Positions 56,866-64,000 of a stretch of DNA of 64,000 bases are shown in pieces (the stretch's first letter is position 1; every line of letters starts with the position of its first letter). The notes beneath the pieces were generated by a model, which was not told the origin of the DNA, searched no databases, and saw nothing but the letters and a program-made list of their open reading frames with translations. This DNA comes from an uncultured Bacillales bacterium (GTDB taxonomy: Bacteria > Bacillota_I > Bacilli_A > RFN20 > CAG-826). The stretch lies in NCBI GenBank assembly GCA_946612115.1, contig CAMOEI010000006.1:11484-75483 (forward strand), written 5' to 3'. A program made the position numbers and the translations under genes.

Positions 56866-58044
56866 ATGGAAAAACATCGTACTAGAGCGCAAGACATTGC
56901 AAAGGGAATGATGATTATCGCTGTTGTCTTTTTTCACTGTCATTTAGTGACTTTTGATCCACCAGTTGCAGCCTTATCTCAATTCAATATTTTATCGGCG
57001 ATTTTTCCGTTTTTATTAAGTTCATTCTTTTTCTATTCTGGATATAATTACAATTCTCACGAGAGAACATTTAAAGAAAAGCTCATAAGAAGAGTCAAAC
57101 AATTGCTTATTCCTTTAGTTATTGCTTTTGTGACATCGACGATTTTAATCACTGCGATGGAACTAGCTTATAACCATAATGATGTAGGTGGTACTTTCTT
57201 AGCGGTTGGTAATACCATTTTATATAGTTTGATGTCTGAACCATTTGCCTTGCTACTTCAATACCCAACTGGTCCATTTGTGTTTGAACTTGTCGTCGCT
57301 TTAGGCTTACTTTGGTTCTTATATTCTCTATTTATTTGTTCGATTTTCTTCTATTTGTTAGTGGATCACACGAATAAGAGTCCGAAGACTTTGGTCTCTG
57401 TAGTAGTGGGTCTACTCCTTATAGCATTTGCGTTAGGACAATTTGTTGGAGTGTATCTTCCATATACAGTTCAATGTTATCCAGTTATTTTAGCGATTAT
57501 GCTTACTGCCTCATATTTAAGACAATCTCATTTCTTAAATAGAAGAACAGTTAGTAAAAAAGATGTCCTCGTTAGAGGAATTAACGTTGTCATTGCTGAA
57601 GGAGTTATTATTGGAACTTGTTTCCTTTGCTATTACTTATTTGGAGCGACCACAACTGGTAATTTGCCAGGAGGAAGATTTGATCCAATCCTTAAAGGAT
57701 TTGATGCATTTATTGCTTACGCCTTTGGCATTTTAGGAACATATTTCTTACATTCTTTATGTCGATTAATCAAACATGTCCCAGTTGTTGGTAAGTGCTT
57801 GCAGTGGGTTGGTAATCATTCGGCGATGTTTTATTTATTCCATCCAATCTTTTTAGATTTAGCGGCGATAGTTATTTTCCAAAAGAAAATCATTTGGGGA
57901 CAAGGACAAGCTTATTTCTATGTCTTTGTTGTTGTTGGCTTACTCACTATTACATGTTTATTAATGGATTTCATCATTAAGAAAGTTCACAAAAAAGAAA
58001 TTACTGATGAAGTTAGAAATAGAGAAGCTCCAGAAGATATTTAA
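56866..58044 (+). CDS. acyltransferase family 3 (OatA/OafA-like) integral membrane protein
   Basis: About ten TM helices. N-terminal motif AKGMMIIAVVFFHC typical of AT3 O-acyltransferases. Confidence 0.75.
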   Translation: MEKHRTRAQDIAKGMMIIAVVFFHCHLVTFDPPVAALSQFNILSAIFPFLLSSFFFYSGYNYNSHERTFKEKLIRRVKQLLIPLVIAFVTSTILITAMELAYNHNDVGGTFLAVGNTILYSLMSEPFALLLQYPTGPFVFELVVALGLLWFLYSLFICSIFFYLLVDHTNKSPKTLVSVVVGLLLIAFALGQFVGVYLPYTVQCYPVILAIMLTASYLRQSHFLNRRTVSKKDVLVRGINVVIAEGVIIGTCFLCYYLFGATTTGNLPGGRFDPILKGFDAFIAYAFGILGTYFLHSLCRLIKHVPVVGKCLQWVGNHSAMFYLFHPIFLDLAAIVIFQKKIIWGQGQAYFYVFVVVGLLTITCLLMDFIIKKVHKKEITDEVRNREAPEDI

Positions 58045-58045
58045 G

Positions 58046-59704
58046 ATGAGTGAAGAAAGAAAAATAGATTATTATCTATTTGAAGATATCTATAATGTGG
58101 ATGAATCCGATTCTAATAAGATCGCGATTCATTTTAAAGATGCTTCTTATTCTTTTTTAGAAGTTAGAAAAAGCGTTGATTATTACTGTCATTACTTAAA
58201 TAGTAAAGGTGTTAAAAAAGACGACCATGTCGCGATTATTTCGATGAATAGTTTTAATGATTTAATCGCCTTTTATTCAGTAATCAAACTAGGTGCGGTG
58301 GCGGTCTTGTTTAACTATATGGCTAGACATGACACCTTAGTGAAACTAGTGAAACATACAGACTGTAAATATCTATGTTATGGTTCATATAACGCTTCGA
58401 TTAAAGATGAAAAAGAATTAGATGCTTTATTAGAAGAAACCGAAATTAAAAAGGAAAATGCTTTTTCTATTCGAAATAGAGAATTAAATTTCAAAGAAAT
58501 TTTATCTAAAGAAATTGAGATTCCTTCATTTACTTCCCCATATTCTAGAGAAGAGGATAGTAAAAGAACTTCTTATATCATTTTCACGACCGGCACAACT
58601 GCAGATCCTAAAGCAGCGATGTTATCTCAATATAGTTTGATGAATATCATCTATCTTAACTTTGCAAAGTTAGACCCAATCTTCCCTCAAAAGTTTATGT
58701 GTCTACTTCCAATGTTTCACTGCTTTGGCTTATTAGTGGTTAATGCTTATTTAGCCTTTAAAAGGACAGTTTATCTCAATTCATTAGAAGACAAAGTTCA
58801 AATCTATAAAGAATTTATCAAACATAAATGTGGAGATTACGCTTCAGTAGCGATTATCTTTGATAAATTAGCGAAAGCTCCTTTCTGGTGGCTTCATAGA
58901 GGAAGTTTTGTTAGACACTGTATCGTTGGAGGAGGATTTACCTCTGAACAAGAATTTAAATTCTTGGAAAGAAAATACGGCAAAGGTAAGTTCATGAACG
59001 GATATGGTCAAACTGAATGCTCTCCAATGATTTCTTTGGTCTATCCTGATTCTCCAAAAGAAAAACAAATGACCACAGTGGGAACAGTGATGAAAGATAT
59101 TGAAATTGCTTTTATGGATCCTGGTAGTAAAAAGATTTTACCAAAAGGACAAGTTGGAGAAATTTTAATTAAAGGATATAACGTTTTTAATGGCTACTAT
59201 AAAATGCCTAAAGAAAAACAACCATTTGATAAAGATGGCTATTTACACACTGGAGATCTTGGCTATTTAGATAAAGATGGTTATCTCGTATTAAATGGGA
59301 GAATTAAAGATACGATTATTCGATATGGAGAAAATATTTCTCCAAAAGAAATTGAAGCGGAGCTAGAGAAGTTTCCTGAATTCGGTCATGTAAGAGTGTT
59401 AGGTTTCCCTTCAATTGATGAAGGAGAATATATCATCGCTTGTGTTGAATTAAAAAAGAAACCACCTCACTTTATCGAAGAGAAGTATTTCGAAGAAATG
59501 CATAAGACTCTCCCTTCAGTAAAGATTCCTTCTCACATCATTTATATGAAGAAGTTCCCATTAACTGCAAGTGGAAAACTTGATGAAATCAAGCTTAGAG
59601 AAATATGTATGACTAAACTAGCTTTATATCTAGATGAAGAAATGCTTGCGATTAAAACAAAAAAATTAATGTACAAACAAAATGAAAAGAAGCGTCGTAA
59701 ATAG
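58046..59704 (+). CDS. AMP-binding enzyme (acyl-CoA synthetase / adenylate-forming ligase)
   Basis: Motifs IIFTTGTTADPKAAMLS (AMP-binding A3), YGQTE, GDLGYLDKDGYLVLNGRIKD. The ATG at 58046 directly follows the upstream stop. Confidence 0.9.
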   Translation: MSEERKIDYYLFEDIYNVDESDSNKIAIHFKDASYSFLEVRKSVDYYCHYLNSKGVKKDDHVAIISMNSFNDLIAFYSVIKLGAVAVLFNYMARHDTLVKLVKHTDCKYLCYGSYNASIKDEKELDALLEETEIKKENAFSIRNRELNFKEILSKEIEIPSFTSPYSREEDSKRTSYIIFTTGTTADPKAAMLSQYSLMNIIYLNFAKLDPIFPQKFMCLLPMFHCFGLLVVNAYLAFKRTVYLNSLEDKVQIYKEFIKHKCGDYASVAIIFDKLAKAPFWWLHRGSFVRHCIVGGGFTSEQEFKFLERKYGKGKFMNGYGQTECSPMISLVYPDSPKEKQMTTVGTVMKDIEIAFMDPGSKKILPKGQVGEILIKGYNVFNGYYKMPKEKQPFDKDGYLHTGDLGYLDKDGYLVLNGRIKDTIIRYGENISPKEIEAELEKFPEFGHVRVLGFPSIDEGEYIIACVELKKKPPHFIEEKYFEEMHKTLPSVKIPSHIIYMKKFPLTASGKLDEIKLREICMTKLALYLDEEMLAIKTKKLMYKQNEKKRRK

Positions 59705-59729
59705 ATGCTTCTTTCTTATATATAAGAAG

Positions 59730-62099
59730 CTATTCTCTTTCTTTAACTGATTCTGGTAAGTTCCATTTCCTCATTGAACTCATTACTATAAAGTGAGAGA
59801 TGAGTAAGAACACTAGAACAAGCACTGTTGTAGCGACATACATCACCCAACTTTTTGGGAATGGATGAATTTGACTTGGCACTGAAATAGAATGTAATAG
59901 TCCTTTAGAGAGCAATATTCCTATTGGAATCGCAAAAACCATCGCAATGAGATATTGGAACAAACTAACAAATAAGTTAGCGTTAGAAATCGAACTTCTT
60001 TGATAACCTAACGTTCTCATTGTAGCGAAGGTTCTTTTTTGCTCTTTTAGGTTTGTCTGCATCATATTAAAGACAATCATAAAGCCGATGACAATCGCCA
60101 TGACGGTTAATAATCTACTCGAGATTTCAAACGCTGCGAGTCGATCATTAAATTCACCTTTAATCACATTAGTGTAGGCGATATAAGTCACGTGATTAGT
60201 GTCTTTATATTTATTAAAGAATTCGTTTTGGTTATTTACTTTTACTAGTAAAGACCCTCGAGAATATTCAGGAGAATAGTCCTCATAATTAGTGTAACTA
60301 ACTTGAAATAAGTATTGATTAGAAATACATGACACGGTTAAAGAAACATCATTAGCCTTAATGACATCTCCAACCTTCGCGTCTAATAGATGCGCGTGAT
60401 AACTAGATAAAACAATTGAGTTTTCTGGAATAGTGATCGTGTGTTGGTAGTCATCAACTACACGGATTAGGTTTTGTTCGCTTTTAATCCCGTTGATTAA
60501 CGCGGTGGTCTTTTTGTTATTTGAAGTATTGACTATCTCACTAGGGAGATATTTGATCAATGTCTTTGATTTAATGTTTTTGTCACTGCTAGGGAAATAG
60601 GTTTCTATATCAGAATCACTTGGTAAATTATCAAAATAGACTTGAACATCATAGTTGAGTCTCGTCTCAAATAATTGAGACATCATTGTGACTTTACTCT
60701 CGCCTATAGACATCGCAATAAAGATTAACATTCCACTGGCTAATAAGCAGATTCCAGAAAGGATATATCTTCTAAAATTTCTTAATGTTTGAGAAATAGT
60801 TACTTTTAAAGTAATTGGAGATTTTTTAAAGACGGTTCTAGTTAATAAAGGAGTTTCATTATTACTAGGAGGTAAAGCTTTCATTGCCTCCACTGGCTTA
60901 ATTCTTGAGATGTTAAGTGAGGCCAAGAAAGAAGTTAATAAAGTGACAATGACAATTATTCCTAAAGAAATAAACATCGCGCCTGGATGCATAACAAATG
61001 GTTGAGGGAAAAGCTTTAACGCACTTCCATAGGCGATGTTTGCAATCGCGGTGAAAGCGGAACCGATTCCAATACCTAATATCCAGGCTAAAACACCCAC
61101 CACAAGTCCTAGTGACATGTAGACTAGAGAAATACTTTTGGTGCTTTCTCCTAACGCTCTCATAACTCCGATATCTTTACGGCACTGTTTTACGATTTGA
61201 GATAAGAATAAAGCGGTGACGATTAAAACAACGATAAAGAAGACTCCAGGAGCGAGCAAGGTAATTAAATTAACTGCGTTTAAGGCATTATTATAATAAT
61301 CCATGACTTCAGAATCATCATAAGTAGTCGCGTAGGAGATGTTTTTTCTCATCTGAGCGACCATTTCTTCAGTGATTTCAATTCCAGTTTTTTCATGGAT
61401 ATATTCTTTTAATTTATCAATAGTCTGGTCAATGTTCATTTCTTGACCATCTTTAAAGTTATATAAAACTTCATTGAAATAAGCTTTATCTGAATGATTA
61501 ATAATTGTTTCTTTTGGAACATATAAATAGGCGAAGTCTCTATTAGAGGCAATAGAATATGGATCCGCTTTAACCATTGAGGCTTCAGGAGAAACAATAG
61601 TAGAGTTAATCGTATATTCTAATAAATCTCCATTAGGCATCTTCGCGGAGACAACATCTCCAACTTTTAATCCGTTAGAGGTAGCAAAATAATATTCTAA
61701 TAAGTTAGAATCTTCTTCGATTTTTCCTGTTACTGAATGATGTTTTAAAATACTAGTTTCATCATAACCAATTAATTTGACTGAATATGATTTTTTACCT
61801 CTAGTAAATGTAGTGGTGTAAGCGGTGCGATATTCCGCTTTTTCAATCCCCATATAGTCGTTATAATCACTAGGTAAATAATCTAAATAAGAAGATTCCA
61901 CCCCTTCGATAGTTTGAGCGTATAAATCTGGATATCCACATTCTTGAATTAAAGAATGGATGTTTGTGTCTATCGAATGATAGGCATTTCTTAATCCAAT
62001 TAGGATTCCACAGCCAAACGCTCCAACGAGGATGACGCTAAGAAGCATCAACCAGAAACGCTTAAAATATGGTAATAAAAGCGATTTTACTAATCTCAT
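59730..62099 (-). CDS. BceB/MacB-type ABC transporter permease with duplicated FtsX domains and two large extracellular domains
   Basis: 789 aa. Two 4-TM FtsX bundles, each preceded by a ~200-aa extracytoplasmic domain. Immediately downstream of its ATPase gene. Confidence 0.8.
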   Translation of the reverse strand: MRLVKSLLLPYFKRFWLMLLSVILVGAFGCGILIGLRNAYHSIDTNIHSLIQECGYPDLYAQTIEGVESSYLDYLPSDYNDYMGIEKAEYRTAYTTTFTRGKKSYSVKLIGYDETSILKHHSVTGKIEEDSNLLEYYFATSNGLKVGDVVSAKMPNGDLLEYTINSTIVSPEASMVKADPYSIASNRDFAYLYVPKETIINHSDKAYFNEVLYNFKDGQEMNIDQTIDKLKEYIHEKTGIEITEEMVAQMRKNISYATTYDDSEVMDYYNNALNAVNLITLLAPGVFFIVVLIVTALFLSQIVKQCRKDIGVMRALGESTKSISLVYMSLGLVVGVLAWILGIGIGSAFTAIANIAYGSALKLFPQPFVMHPGAMFISLGIIVIVTLLTSFLASLNISRIKPVEAMKALPPSNNETPLLTRTVFKKSPITLKVTISQTLRNFRRYILSGICLLASGMLIFIAMSIGESKVTMMSQLFETRLNYDVQVYFDNLPSDSDIETYFPSSDKNIKSKTLIKYLPSEIVNTSNNKKTTALINGIKSEQNLIRVVDDYQHTITIPENSIVLSSYHAHLLDAKVGDVIKANDVSLTVSCISNQYLFQVSYTNYEDYSPEYSRGSLLVKVNNQNEFFNKYKDTNHVTYIAYTNVIKGEFNDRLAAFEISSRLLTVMAIVIGFMIVFNMMQTNLKEQKRTFATMRTLGYQRSSISNANLFVSLFQYLIAMVFAIPIGILLSKGLLHSISVPSQIHPFPKSWVMYVATTVLVLVFLLISHFIVMSSMRKWNLPESVKERE

Positions 62100-62105
62100 T
62101 ATTTT

Positions 62106-62816
62106 TTACCAGTCGATATCTTTTGCGTCTATTGGATTATCATTAACTTTTTCTTTGATAATCTTTCCGTTTTTTAAAGTGATGATACGATTTGCCATTC
62201 CAGCGATTGGAGTGGTGTGAGTGACAATGATCATTGTTTGACCTTGTTTTCTAACGATATCTTGAAGTAACTCAAGAATCTTTCTGCCAGTTTTATCATC
62301 GAGCGCTCCTGTAGGTTCATCACATAGGATGATATCCGCTCCTTTAACAAGCGCGCGAGCGATAGAGACTCTTTGCTGCTCTCCTCCACTCATTTGGGAA
62401 GGATATTGCTTCATTTTTTGGTCTCCCAAACCTACTAATTCAAGAGTCTTTTCACTGAGATGATTCTCATCTTTTTTATTGAGGCTCATCCTGACATTTT
62501 CTAAAGCGGTTAAATCAGGTAAGAGGTTGTAGAATTGGAAAATAAAGCCGATTTTTTCTTTACGATATTTGGTTAAAGCTTTGTCTTTATATTGAGTGAT
62601 GTCCACTCCGTTAAGAAGGACCTGTCCTTCTGTTGGAGAGTCCATTCCTCCAATGATGTTTAATAAAGTGGATTTTCCACATCCAGAATTACCAAGTAAA
62701 ACGAGCATTTCTCCTTTATAGACATCAAAAGAGACGTCATCAAGAGCTTTGACTTGGGAATCACCTTTACCGTAGTATTTTTTTAAGTTTTTAATCTCTA
62801 ATAATTTTTCCGCCAT
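62106..62816 (-). CDS. ABC transporter ATP-binding protein (MacB/BceA/FtsE type)
   Basis: Walker A GNSGCGKST, signature MSGGEQQRVSIARA, Walker B ILCDEPTGALD. Confidence 0.9.
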   Translation of the reverse strand: MAEKLLEIKNLKKYYGKGDSQVKALDDVSFDVYKGEMLVLLGNSGCGKSTLLNIIGGMDSPTEGQVLLNGVDITQYKDKALTKYRKEKIGFIFQFYNLLPDLTALENVRMSLNKKDENHLSEKTLELVGLGDQKMKQYPSQMSGGEQQRVSIARALVKGADIILCDEPTGALDDKTGRKILELLQDIVRKQGQTMIIVTHTTPIAGMANRIITLKNGKIIKEKVNDNPIDAKDIDW

Positions 62817-62892
62817 AAGTTAACCTCTTAGTCATTAACCATTTTATAACTACTTACTCTTTTTTTTGAGAGAAATTTCTACCTTTTTTACT

Positions 62893-62910
62893 GTGACACT
62901 TTTGTGGCAG
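62893..62910 (+). promoter_or_regulatory. direct-repeat operator TGTGACAC-TTT-TGTGGCAG (copy 6) in the divergent intergenic region
   Basis: ~50 bp upstream of the lipoprotein ATG at 62962, and divergent from the ABC ATPase gene. Confidence 0.5.
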
Positions 62911-62961
62911 TAAGAGTGATAACATATATTTGTTAATATATTAAAGGAAGGATGGTAAATT

Positions 62962-64000
62962 ATGAAAAATAAACTATTACCTTTATTACTAGTTGGAGCG
63001 TTTGTCTTAACTGGATGTACGATTAAATTGGAAGGACGTGGTTCATCTAATCCAGTTGATCCCGCTCACGAAGAAGAGGAAGAAGAAATCTATCCAGAAC
63101 ACAACCATTATTGGGAAGCCCCTATTTGGTCTTGGAGTGAAGACAATCAAACCGCTAGAGCGAAGTTCAGATGTTCAGTTTATAACCATTACCACATTGA
63201 AACCGCAACAGTGGAAGATGAACAAATTGAAATCGAAAACATTAAAGAAGCCGACCACTATGAAGATGGCTTAGACAAATATGTCGCTACTGTGACCTTT
63301 AGTGGAGCGACATATACTTCTCCAGATCATTTCGTAGTCATCAATCAAGGTCAACACGAATTTAATGAATATGGAATCTGTTTAGCGGATGGAGAATTCC
63401 TCTATAAGGAAACCAATGAACTTGATTACGACTTTGAATGGATGCAAATGTATGGCGAATATAAAGCTGAAGTCAATGTCGATAGTGAAGACTATGTCGC
63501 TGTTGGAGATAAGATCATCTTCAAATTTCATCTTGATCATAAAGGGCACGAGATTAAACTTAGAGATTTAGTGAACATTACAGTTGATGATATAACCATT
63601 GGTTATGTTTGGTATGAAGATTTCTATGAAGTCAAATATACAGAATATTATGAACATACCTTTGAAGACTTCCCATCAAATAACGTTTTTGCGATTGTTG
63701 ATAAGAATTCCGAACAGACAAATCGTAGTTTCTCAATTGTTGAATGCCACACATGTAACAAAATAGGAATTTGTGAAGATTGTGAAAGATACTTTGGCGC
63801 ATATTTTGGTACAACTCAAGCAATTACCTTCAGCTTTACTGCTGGAAAAGTAATTAACTTCCGTTTCCAAGCTTGGCCAGGAAGAAAATATTATGTATTC
63901 TTCCAAAGAGACTTAGAGGGTCATGAAGATGAATTTGAAATCTATACGGTTGATCAATATTTCAATCCAGTCCCTTATGATTTAAATGATCCATTCCCAG
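62962..64000 (+). CDS. lipoprotein of unknown function (partial, runs off the window end)
   Basis: ATG at 62962 with RBS AAAGGAAGGATGG. Lipobox LTGC. The frame stays open to position 64000. Acidic, His/Tyr-rich. Confidence 0.6.
   Translation, partial: MKNKLLPLLLVGAFVLTGCTIKLEGRGSSNPVDPAHEEEEEEIYPEHNHYWEAPIWSWSEDNQTARAKFRCSVYNHYHIETATVEDEQIEIENIKEADHYEDGLDKYVATVTFSGATYTSPDHFVVINQGQHEFNEYGICLADGEFLYKETNELDYDFEWMQMYGEYKAEVNVDSEDYVAVGDKIIFKFHLDHKGHEIKLRDLVNITVDDITIGYVWYEDFYEVKYTEYYEHTFEDFPSNNVFAIVDKNSEQTNRSFSIVECHTCNKIGICEDCERYFGAYFGTTQAITFSFTAGKVINFRFQAWPGRKYYVFFQRDLEGHEDEFEIYTVDQYFNPVPYDLNDPFP

Noticed and set aside
63038-63571. Short ORFs 63038-63274 and 63389-63571
   Set aside because: They are in a different frame from the long open lipoprotein gene that starts at 62962 and runs off the window end. 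Spurious.
1-64000. CRISPR arrays, IS elements/transposases, integrases
   Set aside because: No regularly spaced short repeats. No DDE transposase or tyrosine/serine recombinase-like ORFs were seen. The mobile-looking features are limited to short repeated elements and gene fragments.

Overview
This is a 64-kb chromosomal window from an AT-rich (about 30% GC) low-GC Gram-positive bacterium that uses the standard genetic code. The gene content (many lipobox lipoproteins, Listeria-Bacteroides repeat, GLUG and CBM32 surface proteins, AdhE, and ABC ATPases carrying coiled-coil insertions) points to an Erysipelotrichia- or Acholeplasma-like gut Firmicute; that assignment is inference only. The window contains, in order:
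(1) A tRNA-Ala(CGC), followed by a strongly strand-skewed CA-rich non-coding tract and a possible small RNA.
(2) A class II Fic AMPylase gene and a membrane-anchored XRE-HTH/zinc-ribbon regulator gene, bracketed by two copies of a ~115-bp repeated element that ends in a terminator. An inverted tRNA-like fragment lies immediately after the second copy.
(3) Four paralogous genes encoding Nif11-type double-glycine leader peptides with Cys-rich (CPxC...CxxCG-aromatic-x-W) zinc-ribbon-like cores (3591-3884, 49333-49626, 53842-54123, 54220-54513). All four carry the same TGTGRCAC-N3/4-TGTGRCA direct-repeat operator about 40 bp upstream. The same operator also precedes a secreted protein and a lipoprotein next to a BceAB-like ABC transporter. 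No maturase or C39 exporter is in the window. This looks like an undescribed peptide regulon.
(4) A large host-glycan/chito-oligosaccharide utilisation locus (CBM32 surface protein, phosphohexomutase, BspA-LRR lipoprotein, GH84 with four CBM32 domains, Flg_new-repeat lipoprotein, GH94-like phosphorylase, sugar ABC importer, GH16, GLUG lipoprotein, ROK regulator, metallophosphoesterase, MalK-like ATPase with a ~105-aa insertion, LmbE deacetylase, Maa acetyltransferase).
(5) A giant 1925-aa surface protein whose cytoplasmic C-terminus carries three ~187-aa tandem repeats and a domain homologous to the C-terminal half of ribosomal protein uL15.
(6) An MscS channel, a Big_2 membrane protein, a KilA-N protein, a histidine acid phosphatase, AdhE, a K+ channel, an acyltransferase-3/acyl-CoA-ligase pair, and a BceAB-like ABC transporter.
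Several short duplicated gene-3'-end fragments indicate frequent recombination among paralogues. No CRISPR array, transposase or integrase was found.
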